A DNA stretch of 63,654 nt, the filler included, from Octopus bimaculoides (lineage: Eukaryota): the NCBI RefSeq assembly GCF_001194135.2. It is 5 parts of 4 records of this genome, joined end to end, with 100 filler letters (N's around TTAATTAATTAA, not from the genome) between each part and the next. Parts side by side here need not be neighbours in the genome. Positions count along the whole stretch, not along the records: positions 40,854 to 60,990 come from NC_068987.1; positions 61,091 to 63,654 come from NC_068990.1; 3 more parts are not named here. The stretch is one strand, 5' to 3'. Each line of letters opens with the position of its first letter. Within the stretch, counting starts at the first letter, position 1. The position numbers were made by a program, and so were the translations under genes. Below the pieces are notes generated by a model that worked only from the letters and a program-made list of their open reading frames with translations, was not told the origin of the DNA and made no database searches. Below, in pieces: positions 52,386 to 63,654 of this stretch.

Positions 52386-54187
52386 GCTGGAAAAAGAATA
52401 AATAAGGAAAGCAACAGAAATCCACAAAAATATCATAAGAATATTTGTGCTCCTGAAAGAAACTATGCTTTCATCATTGACCAGTTTTCATACACACTCG
52501 CACATACGCACGCACGCACGCACGCTCGCACGCACGCACGCACGCACACTCACACCGATACACATATACACACGTACAGAGAGTCATACACATATACACT
52601 TCCTTTGTGTGTATATGTGCAGCGTGTGTGCTTAGTGTATGTTTAAATATGCATACACACTTGCCTATGATATGTTCCTCTGTTAAATATTTATCTGATT
52701 CCTAGAGTATAAAAATATACAAAAAAAAAAAAAGTTCAATTTTGTGATTTATTTAATGAAATATTTTCCGCAACTTTGTTGTGAACTCATCAGAAATCGT
52801 AGAAATGCTCTCTGCCTCAAATGCATACATTTTGTTAGTATTTTGCTGTGACATCTTCTTGTAGAATCGTGATGGTCTACGACCTATTCACAATAGGAGT
52901 ATTGTATTTGTCCTCATGCAACTCTCCAATGCCTATATTTTTTCGCTCGACCTAGCTTTATGTGAATCCTCTGCTCTCGTATTTTGATTTTAGAATTCTA
53001 TCCTTCATACGAAGTTTAATGAATTGTCTAGTTTTCTTTATCTCACGGACCTTTTGAAATTTCTAAATTAATTACCTGAATTAATTCTGAAATGAAAGAG
53101 TCTTTCTATTTTCTTTACAATGACAAACATTTACTTCTTTTAAAAGAAGCTATTAATGCTAAAAGAGAAACTTTGCTATGTCTAATAATATCAAACGAAA
53201 AACTATATAGCAAAGTTAAAATCTGATAGAAATGGTGGAATAAATTTCAGGCAACGAAACAAAAACGAAAAATAAAAAAAAAATTTAAAAAAAGCAATTA
53301 TTTTTTTCCAAATTTCAAAAGAAGCATCACTTGACGATTGTCAATGAAAGAAGAAATCGCCATTTCATCAATAATGTTTCAGAGAATTTTATTAATTCAA
53401 AAGTTCAGTATGGGTTCTATTGTTTTTGTTTTATTTATTCTTTGGTCGAAAGGACTAACTTTTAAACATAATGATTGCGTGATTCAAAATTTAAGTTCCA
53501 TTCCTATATTATAACTACTTGGCGTCATTGTGAAAGAGCAATATATATATGTTTATGTATATGGGTACAAATATACATACACCTTTATAAATAGTTCAGG
53601 GGACAGTTTGCTTGAGTGGCCCCAGATTGGTAGGTAAGACATTCAATATGGTTGTATGTAAATGAAGATTTCCAGCTTAATACAGACTAGAATTTAAATA
53701 TCACTAAATAGTAGCGCACTGGTCATATTTGGTATTACGATGAACCAAACATTTAATGATACATTCACCTCGTTCTTGTATCCCCGAAACTGAAACTGAG
53801 TTCCCGATCCCCAGAGCCGTTGATGGCCTAAACCTAGAGGAAGGTGAAGAGATGAACAGTGACAATACTTTGACTATCTGGAGAAACGGTGTGAGTATAA
53901 CATCAACAGTAGTTGCAGGTTTTCGAGGCGTACATCACGGCATGCAATAGCAGTATGAAGTTAGTGCACACTGCTAATACACTCCGCGATGTATGTCAAT
54001 ACAAGTACCATTCTGGACATGGTCGCTTGAGAAGTCATTTGGAAAGTGTGAAAATTGTTTTTTAGCTAATTCCCTTCATAGCCACAATTTACAGGTGTGG
54101 ATGATCCTAAAATTATACAGGGCTGTTAACGATAACCACAGGAATCCATATACATACATACATTCATACATACATACACATATAGAT

Positions 54188-54271
<84 letters not shown>

Positions 54272-55002
54272 CAAAAGAAGAACAAACGCAAAAATTCGAC
54301 AGCGCAAGGACGTGGAACATGTANNNNNNNNNNNNNNNNNNNNNNNNNNNNNNNNNNNNNNNNNNNNNNNNNNNNNNNNNNNNNNNNNNNNNNNNNNNNN
54401 NNNNNNNNNNNNNNNNNNNNNNNNNNNNNNNNNNNNNNNNNNNNNNNNNNNNNNNNNNNNNNNNNNNNNNNNNNNNNNNNNNNNNNNNNNNNNNNNNNNN
54501 NNNNNNNNNNNNNNNNNNNNNNNNNNNNNNNNNNNNNNNNNNNNNNNNNNNNNNNNNNNNNNNNNNNNNNNNNNNNNNNNNNNNNNNNNNNNNNNNNNNN
54601 NNNNNNNNNNNNNNNNNNNNNNNNNNNNNNNNNNNNNNNNNNNNNNNNNNNNNNNNNNNNNNNNNNNNNNNNNNNNNNNNNNNNNNNNNNNNNNNNNNNN
54701 NNNNNNNNNNNNNNNNNNNNNNNNNNNNNNNNNNNNNNNNNNNNNNNNNNNNNNNNNNNNNNNNNNNNNNNNNNNNNNNNNNNNNNNNNNNNNNNNNNNN
54801 NNNNNNNNNNNNNNNNNNNNNNNNNNNNNNNNNNNNNNNNNNNNNNNNNNNNNNNNNNNNNNNNNNNNNNNNNNNNNNNNNNNNNNNNNNNNNNNNNNNN
54901 NNNNNNNNNNNNNNNNNNNNNNNNNNNNNNNNNNNNNNNNNNNNNNNNNNNNNNNNNNNNNNNNNNNNNNNNNNNNNNNNNNNNNNNNNNNNNNNNNNNN
55001 NN

Positions 55003-55073
<71 letters not shown>

Positions 55074-55284
55074 TGGATATAGATATAGATATAAATGTAC
55101 ACATATATAAATACATCGATATACACGGCTGTATATGTGCAATTTTTGTTTACTATAAGCACTCTATTCAATATATTTCTGGAAATCGTCATGAAAGGCC
55201 TACGAGACCAGAAGTTTTGTCTGATAATCGATGGCCTTGTCTCCATAGACATTAAATATGCTGACGGATTAATCCTGATGTCTA

Positions 55285-55650
55285 CATCTTTTACTTGTTT
55301 CAATCATTTGACGGCGACCATGCTGGGGCAACGCCTTGAGGTGTTTTACTCAAACATATCGACCCCAGGAATTTTTAAAGCCTAATAATGATTTTATCGT
55401 AAGCTTCTGCCGAACCATTAGGTAACGGGGATGTAAATAAACCAACACCGGTTGTCAAACAGTGGTAGGGGACCCAGACTCCAAGACACACACATACACA
55501 CACATATACGGCGGCCTCCTTTTGGTTTCCATCTACCAACTCTACTCACAATGCTTTGATCGGCCCGAAGCTAATAGTAGAAGTCACTTCTCCAAGGTGC
55601 CACGCGGTGGTACTGAACCCGGATACATGAGGCTGGGAAGCAAGCCTTTT
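55285..55650 (-). mobile_element. SINE family 2, both units
   Basis: Right unit 55285-55480 and left unit 55510-55650, separated by (CA)n. Confidence 0.85.
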
Positions 55651-56829
55651 ACCAAACATCCGTCTAAGAAAAAAAATCTAGTATAATGTTAGACAAAACA
55701 TGTAAAATCTATGGCACTAAAGATATATGGCACGAAATGCATGCATGTGTGTAGGCTTTAAGAATTTAGAAGTTTGAGGTTAGAAACAAATAAAAAAATC
55801 TCATGTTGCAGAACTGACTGAAACAAATTGACTCAATCGGAAAATCGAACTTCTATCAGGGAGCCGACTTGCCAAGATATAACCTCTGCACAAGGGCGCT
55901 ACAATATAATGCAATTAGCTCTGGGCTATCTTTCTCTCTCATCCATCCCCACTGTTCTACAAAGTAGCAATTATATCTAAACATGAATACACATTTTTCA
56001 ATTTTTCTTTCCATATTCAATTTTGCAAACCATTGTCTAATTCCTGTTAAAACCTCAAATTCAGACCTCCTTAATCATTGCAATTATATTTTTGTTTACA
56101 TTCAATTCACACAAACAAATACAATTATTGGAAGGAAAATGTAAAAATAATATGGGAACAAATTATGGCAAACAAAGCAAAGAATGCAAAAACCAGGAAA
56201 TTTAACGTTAATCATAACTAATGCGTGTACTCCAATCCAAACACAACATCAGAAACAGTAGCAGCAGCGGAAACAACATAACAACGATGATAACAATAGA
56301 TAAAACAACAAAATCGACAATAAAAGGAATAACATCAACAATAACAACCAGAAGAGCAACAACAGCAAAAGAAACACCGACGACAAGGAAGACAGGAATA
56401 ACGAGCACGGCAAATGCACAAATGAAACAAAATTATGATGATGCGATAATAAGAACATGGCAATTGGTAATGATGATGACGGTGACGACGACGACGACGA
56501 CGACGACAATGATGACGATGATGATAACGATGCTGCTGCTGCTGCTGCTGATGATGATGATGATTATGATGGTAGTAATGGTGCTGGTGGCGGTGACGAT
56601 AATCATGGTGATAATCATGTTGAGGATGGTGATGTTAACCAAGCCAATATTCTCGTTAGTCACGAGGCTACCAAATGCAATAGAAATTATTCTGACAAGA
56701 AGAAGACTGAAAACGATGATGATGATGAGAAGGAGAAGGACGAGTAGGAGGAGGAGGAAGGGGGGATATAATTATAAGACACTGAAAACAGAGATAACCT
56801 TTCCAATGAAACAACTAGCTACATTAGCT

Positions 56830-57900
56830 CAGGTCACCTGGTCCAAGGTCGCATATATATATAGTCAAAATTGAACAGGCAAACTTATCTATCAGAAAAT
56901 GTGCCGTCAGTTCAATGTGAGAAAGCTTAAGAAGTGGGATTCAATTTACCAAGCGGCATCTAACATCAATGTGGCCATAACCATCTGGGCAACCCTATCC
57001 AGACTGACAAAGTGAACGAGGCGAAAATGGCAGATATATATCAAAAACTGGAATGAAGATGCCTGTATGCAGATAGGTACTGGGATGCCATTTTGAGCAA
57101 AACATCACCCTCACAATATGAGTATAAACTTTGACACTATAAAGATTTTGGAAGTCAAATATACAGGATGTGGAGAATGAAACTAATATCGGTAGCAATG
57201 ATAATTCCAGTATTAGCTATGATAAATAACGAACCAAGAGAGAAAATCTGTACCCACTTCAAAATGTTATACACCGTTGAGACAGTTTTCTGTATTCTAG
57301 ATAGTAGAGAGATACACAATAAAATCTGAATGGTCAGGAGAAAGACAAATGATTAAATTGTATTTGAAAAACAGCTAGAATCAAATTAACACTTGAGCAG
57401 CCGTATACTGTGATAAAATAACGGGAAGAAAGTGTCTTACATGACCAATATTTGAGAAATTGGCCAGAGTGGAAATAGTAGCGGTGGCTACGAAGTGAAA
57501 ACCCAAAACTGAAATTTAAGCACTCCTGACTGACTCAGCCTCAAACTTTTCCCATCAGAAAGTATTAAGTTCATATAAGGAAGCAGAGTATATTGTATTG
57601 CGTAACCGCAAACACTTTGAAGGTGGGGAAGAAAGAGCCAAATTGGCTCTGAATGCACAATGTTAGCCAACAATAGAAGTTACGTCAGCATTATGAAATA
57701 CCAGTTGAGAAGAGACGGAATAAACGAGCACTCGAAATGGTTTCAGCAAATTAGAAAGCATCCATAATCTGAGATATGCCAATCCACTCAAACATGAAGA
57801 TCAAGGAGATTAAGTCTAATCGGATCGTTATTATTCTTAGGGACCTCCACAAAAGGAAGTGCCTTTTGAATGGATATCAGATGTACAATGAGATAATGCA
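56830..57900 (+). pseudogene. Possible very old LINE (RTE-like) RT remnant
   Basis: Only faint motif echoes in plausible order (IWATLSRL, NQERKSVPT, AVYCDK, GSRVY); no ORF. Confidence 0.25.
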
Positions 57901-58213
57901 ACTCTAAAATAAATTGAGAAACCCTATCTAGAAATAGAGATACCTAGAAATTTCAGGATGAAAGGAGAAATCATTTCTATAAGAAATTTCGTGAAAATGA
58001 TGAAAATGCAAATAAATACACAATGACACCTCAACCCTTCGGTATTTACGCTTGCACACTTGTGCATCTATGCACACACAATATGCTGTGATGTTTCAAT
58101 ACATGAAAAAAAGAGGAAAATATGAAAAATAAAAGATAACATCTCACATACTCAAGGCATACAAGCTCCATTCTGTAGTGCTAAATAAGCCCACAATTTC
58201 ACAATAAAAGGGG

Positions 58214-58280
<67 letters not shown>

Positions 58281-58316
58281 GTGCTGGTGCTGGTGCTGGT
58301 GCTGCTGTTGCTGCTG

Positions 58317-58388
<72 letters not shown>

Positions 58389-58412
58389 ATAATAATAATA
58401 ATAATAATAATA
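58214..58412. repeat. Compound (ACT)/(GCT)/(GGTGCT)/(AAT) trinucleotide array
   Basis: Directly visible. Confidence 0.95.
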
Positions 58413-58479
58413 GAAAAAGAAGACAAAGAAAGGGCAAGAAAGGAGAAAACATGCACGGTCAGTTTGCAAGAGATACGAA

Positions 58480-59240
58480 CACCAAGGCAGATACGGAAGA
58501 CCGGAGGCTATGGATGCGGAGAAGTAATCTGATAATAGAGACGGAATCACCTATGTGCGCAGCTCAAGAACAAGGGTTAAGGACTATGTGAAGTGCAGAA
58601 TCGACAACACTACCGAAAGCGACAAATGCAATATATATGGTGAGAGGGGTGAGCCAGTATGGCACATCGTTAGAAAATGCATGAAATTGGCACAACGCGT
58701 ATGCAAAAGGTGACATGATAATGTGGCAAGAATGATACATTGAAAGCTTTGTAGAAATCACATCCTACAAAGAGCATAGACGTGGTATGAGAAAACCCCA
58801 GAAGGTGATGTAGCGATTCAGTGCGATCACCTAACCAGACATCTGAAACGGGACGTTATTATGGTGAAAATAGGGAAGAACATGCAAGATACTTGACATA
58901 GCATGTTCCGGTGACAACAGGGTCAAAGAGAAAGAAGAAAAGAAACAGAACAACTACGACCATTTGAAGTGGGAAATACAAAGGTTGTGGTCAATGAGGA
59001 GAGTAGAGGTGATACCAAAAGTAATTGGCGAACTTGGAAGTACCAGCACTCAACTACCAGAATGGCTGAAAAAGATTGGTGCAAATTTAAAGGTAGAACA
59101 CCTATCAAAATCAGCATTGCTTGGGACTGCAAGAATTCTTCGCAGGGACAATTTAATCAAGTGTTACCTTAGTTTGCTGACTGTGAACAGCTGACACTTT
59201 CCATCATACCCAGTAACATAAGCTGAGAGATTTCATAAAA
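58480..59240 (+). pseudogene. R4/Dong-type LINE 3' portion (CCHC remnant, restriction-like endonuclease, 3' UTR) followed by (TAA)n
   Basis: WMRRSNL..ETES..CAAQEQ.L, HDNVARMIH, DIACSGDNRVKEKE, VEVIPKVIGELG, LKVEHLSKSALLGTARILRR; then ATGATAATAATAAT... Confidence 0.85.
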
Positions 59241-59242
59241 TG

Positions 59243-59291
<49 letters not shown>

Positions 59292-59318
59292 TGATGATGA
59301 TGATGATGNNNNNNNNNN

Positions 59319-59391
<73 letters not shown>

Positions 59392-59793
59392 GAAATACTA
59401 TTTATTCAACAATAAACCGAAACAAAACAATCCACAAACACAAGAAACATTATACAGTAAGTAATCAATAAAATAAATAAACAACACAACATGTACTCTC
59501 CAGGCCGGATACGCATTAAAAGAACACAACTTGCATTACACACACGGTACACAATACCATCACTAATATAACAGAAGACTGCAATCATACTCCATAACAA
59601 AAATAAACTGATGCAATACAATCCCAAGATCGTTTCACGCACCCCACAAAAACAAAAGAGAACACATAATGCTGGACACACCCCCAGCAACACAGAGGTG
59701 TAGTAGGTGATGCAGTAGAAATATGCCTGAAAATATGATAACAACAACAACAACAACAACAACAACAATAATAATAATAATTATTATTATTAT

Positions 59794-60350
59794 AAATGAT
59801 CTGATCCAGTACCAGACAGTGGCTCTCATCACTTCTGATCATAACTGATTGAAAGTGTTACATGTACTTTGTTTGTCTTGGTATAAAAGATGGACTACAG
59901 CAAGTATTCTGCTCAATACCGCAGATTTGCTTCTCATTTGTTTGAACTTAAACAGTTGAGCATTCCAATTGGTAGCTGACGATATGCGCATCTCTGATCA
60001 CGAGCAGAAGTAGTGGGGTAACATCATAGCCGTGTGTTGTGAGGAATTCTTTGGTGTTTGGATAATTTCCCTTTCAAACCATGGGTGTTTCGTTCACCAT
60101 CCTTCAAGAACCCTTATTCAGGAACCTTTTGAGCGGGATAGGCTACTCGACCCGAAGAAAATTCTAACTGAGCCTCACCTGAAAGGTCATGGGCTGTTTG
60201 TCTTGATATGAAATCACCATGTCGAGAACATATAGTTGTGATGCCTGTGTCTGGTGTACCCTTATTAGACGGGTAGTCTTGATGGGTATACTGGGCTTCG
60301 TATATTTTACTCCAGTGTCACTCTGATGGCATTCACTTCTCTCTCACTCC
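59794..60350. mobile_element. Roughly 550-bp non-coding interspersed element flanked by AAT/ATT repeats
   Basis: Second copy at 7073-7359; no ORF; simple-repeat flanks at both ends. Confidence 0.8.
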
Positions 60351-60394
60351 ATAATAACAACACCACCAACAACAATATTAATAATAACTCACCT

Positions 60395-60745
60395 TACAAG
60401 AACTCTGAAACCTGATCTTGTTGTAGTGAATAAAATAGTAAGAACATGCCTGATAATCGATATAACATGCCCGGTGACAACAGGATCAATGTAAAAGAAG
60501 AAAAAATAATAATAAACAACTCTAACGATTTGAAGCGGGAAATTCGAAGGTTGCCGGCAATGAAGTGAGTAGACGTGATATCAACAGCAGTTGGCAAACA
60601 TTGAAGTATCAGCACTGAACTTCCGACATGGCTGAAAAGGATTGGTGCGAGTGTGAAGGTAGAACACCTACAAAAATCAGTATTGCTTGGAACTGCAAGA
60701 ATTCTTCATAGGGATCTTGAAGCATGACCAGTAAACAAGTGTCTT
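60395..60745 (+). pseudogene. R4/Dong-type LINE endonuclease and C-terminal fragment (same family as 58480-59240)
   Basis: KPDLVVVNKIVRTCLIIDITCP (PD...D nuclease motif) and KVEHLQKSVLLGTARIL; DNA near-identical to 59085-59150. Confidence 0.85.
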
Positions 60746-60748
60746 AAT

Positions 60749-60990
60749 GTTGTTGCACTGCGTCGCTTACGACGTCTAGGGTTCCAGTTGATCTGACCAA
60801 TGGAACAGCTTGCTCGTGAAATTAACGTGCAAGTGGCTGAACACTCCACAGACACATGTACTCTTAACGTAGTTCTCGGGGATATTCAGCGTGACACAGT
60901 GTGACAAGGCTGACCCTTTGAATTACAGGCACAACAGAAACAGGAAGTAAGAGTGAGAGAAAGTTGTGGTGAAAGAGTACAGCAAGGTTC
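60749..60990 (-). mobile_element. SINE family 3, 3' part (head lost in gap)
   Basis: Reverse complement of 12115-12355. Confidence 0.9.
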
Positions 60991-61092
60991 NNNNNNNNNN
61001 NNNNNNNNNNNNNNNNNNNNNNNNNNNNNNNNNNTTAATTAATTAANNNNNNNNNNNNNNNNNNNNNNNNNNNNNNNNNNNNNNNNNNNNAT

Positions 61093-62724
61093 TCTTCAAT
61101 TAACCCCATTCTACTAAATAAGGCACTTTGGTTTGCTCATAATAAGGCGGGTCTTTCTAGAGAAGAGATTGATATTGTCTTAACAGCCAGAAAATCTATA
61201 ATTAAATTTAATAATAAACTATGGACACGCAAAGACACTCCCAATGGTTTTGATGTGCCTATGGGAAGTTCCGACTCAGCACAGATAGCTGACTTGGTCT
61301 GCGCATATATTCTCTATGAATTAGCGGACCAATTTCCAACCATTAGGGGCGGTCTATACCGGGATGACCGTTTGCTTTATCTACATAATACCACAAACTA
61401 AAAAATACAAAAAGTTAAAAATAGACTAGCCAGGTTTTTCCGTAGAATGGGTTTTGGTATAATCTTTGAAGATGAAACCTCCATAGCCAATTTCCTAGAT
61501 GTCACTCTAGACCTACACACCAAAACCTTTTTCCCTTACCATAAACCCTCCACTAACCTTAAGTATATTAGCTAGTTTAGTAATTATCCCAAAACGGTAA
61601 AAAGAAATTTTGTTAGGAACATCTCACTTAAATTATCAAACCTATCCACAAATGAAAATATTTTCAACAATGAAGCTGACTTTTACAACTCTGTTTTATT
61701 AAAAGCAGGATATAAAGAAAAAGTCAGATACATTAATTCTACTTACGATCCTTCTACCTATGATAACAAAGATATTAAAATAGATAGTAACGATAAATAC
61801 AATGGTTGTCCTCATCATAAACCTATTGACGATAACAAACAATCAAACGTTTTTTTACATTATAGGGGAGGTAACCAACAATTTAAACCCTTTTTTAATA
61901 ATAATAATAATAAATTGAAGTTTTTTAGAAATAATAATAACACACATACAAAACCTGAATCTGATAAAAGTATCTGGCTAATAATTCCATTTGGAAAACA
62001 GATTAAATCAAATTTGGTTTCCCAGTTCCGAAATGCTGTTAACAAGAATTTTCCAAGACATTCTCACTACTTCCCAGTCATAAACACGTACAAGGTTAGA
62101 TTTGGATTTTCAAACACTAAAAATATCTCGCAAATAATATCCGCACACAATATGAGACTATTAAATTCACACACGGATACTAATAACAATAACATTAATT
62201 CAGACAATACAAACCATTACCATTATAACAATAACAATACAAATAATAACCTAAGTAACAATAATTATAATATGAACTATAATAATAATAATTACCACAA
62301 CAACATCATTATTTCGGAAGTTAATAGCAACAGAATTAGTTTTTTAAGTGATAATGCGAAACTCAAAAACACTATATATCAATGCAAGGTCAGCACCCCT
62401 ACTAATGTGTCTTTTTACATTGGATTGTCCTCCTCGCCAATATCCAGAAGAATATCAAACCATTATTCTTCTTTTAGGGATAGAAATAAACGCAATACCA
62501 CAAGTCTTAGCAAATTAATTTGGGGACTTAAAGACAACAACATAAAATTTTAGACTGCCTAATTCTCTCCACATCTATACCATAAAGGTAGGAAATTTTA
62601 CCCATTATGCAATACGGAACTGTTCTTCATTTTATTCTCGAAGAATAAACTGGTGAACACGTTCATCGAAAATGCGTACAGATGTAAACATTGGCAACCT
62701 CATGTATTTTCTTCATATAGATAA
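61093..62724 (+). pseudogene. Penelope-like element (Naiad-like) RT plus GIY-YIG ORF, one frame with a few stops
   Basis: FDVPMGSSDSAQIADLV, GLYRDD (61357-61368), NFLDVTLDL..F.PYHKP, IWLIIPF, IYQCKV...FYIGLS...RRISNHYSSF...TSLSKLIWGLK, PLCNTE, RCKH. Stops at about 61398, 61572, 62551 and 62560; no frameshift seen. Confidence 0.92.
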
Positions 62725-63654
62725 ACCATACTAATTTATATAACGTAGACGACTCACCTATTTATCTATTAGTTTCTCACATAATTCAAGCGATGCAAGT
62801 TAATTATACTTTTATATGTATAAAGGTATGGTTGGCTTGTTTCGCTTGATATATGTTATCTGAACACTCTCCATCTTTTGAAGCCAAATTAGGACACCCA
62901 GAACGTCTATAAACATGAACTTAAACATTACTTTCAGTTTAACTTAACGCAAACATTACTTCCAACTATGTTAAATACGTTGTGCTCCAATAACCTTATT
63001 CCTTTGATTTCATTGCCCTTTCGTACCTCCATCTCCTCCACTTGCTGCTTTCACTTTCTTCAGCAAAGATATTTATCCTGTTTAGATTATATTAGTGGCA
63101 TTATTCTGCATCTAAGAATTTTAATTGTCTTCTTTAACTTTAAAAGACATATCTAAGATTCTGTAAGCAATCTTAGTTCATTTGTTTACGTTTACCGTAA
63201 GATGAATTCAAAACATATAAGTATTTTCTTCTCTCTGCTTTATGACGTATAAAATACTGCACCACATAAAATTTTATTTTATTTTATCTATTGGAAAACC
63301 CTTGCACCAACAAATACAGAACGTGGTTATCGAAGTAAACTTTGGTAATAATATTAACTTAGTTTATACAAGTAATTTTTACTCCTTTAACCCCCCCTTT
63401 TTTTGCCCCCCCCCCCTAATTTCCACCTCACTTAACAACACAATCTCTCTCTTTAGATTAATAGACCGTCCATCACCTTTATAAATTGTCAATCACTTAA
63501 TATCTTACTAGTTAATATAAACATCATTTTCCTATACATATAGCACTGCCTTAATATTCATCACCACACGACTACCGTGTGTATATGTGTACAAATGTAT
63601 GTATATGTATGTATTTGTCTATGTATATGTATGTGTGTGTATATATGTGTGCAT

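Noticed and set aside
52765-52800. CTGATGA...GAAA on the minus strand
   Set aside because: G.G at the helix II closing position and no convincing helix I.
56221-56874. 217-aa Thr-rich mucin-like ORF
   Set aside because: Derived from degenerate (AAC)/(GAT)/(GCT) repeats.
61093-62724. Selenocysteine recoding, reported for some Naiad PLEs
   Set aside because: The in-frame stops I found are TAA or TAG, not TGA at Cys positions.

Overview
This is gapped, AT-rich eukaryotic genomic DNA, not prokaryotic: there are no operons, rRNA, true tRNA genes or CRISPR arrays. The extreme microsatellite density and the SINE/LINE set suggest an octopus-like cephalopod draft assembly (inference from recalled repeat sequences, not a database search). 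No host protein-coding gene can be identified, and almost all ORFs in the track are translations of microsatellites or N gaps. What is supportable is a transposon graveyard: Penelope-like elements (PLEs, one nearly in frame over about 540 codons), R4/Dong-type non-LTR fragments tied to (TAA)n tracts, a DD36E Tc1 transposase pseudogene, two hAT transposase pseudogenes, MITEs and several tRNA-derived SINE families. The most interesting signals are (1) two minimal type I hammerhead ribozyme motifs with intact cores plus degenerate or partial ones, (2) a recurring two-part SINE arrangement at three separate loci, and (3) a roughly 550-bp microsatellite-flanked element, one copy of which is fused directly to an R4 reverse transcriptase. 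Four artificial 100-bp gap linkers (44 N + TTAATTAATTAA + 44 N) mean adjacency across them is not guaranteed. I found no evidence for a wholly new multi-gene system. Most element boundaries are approximate.
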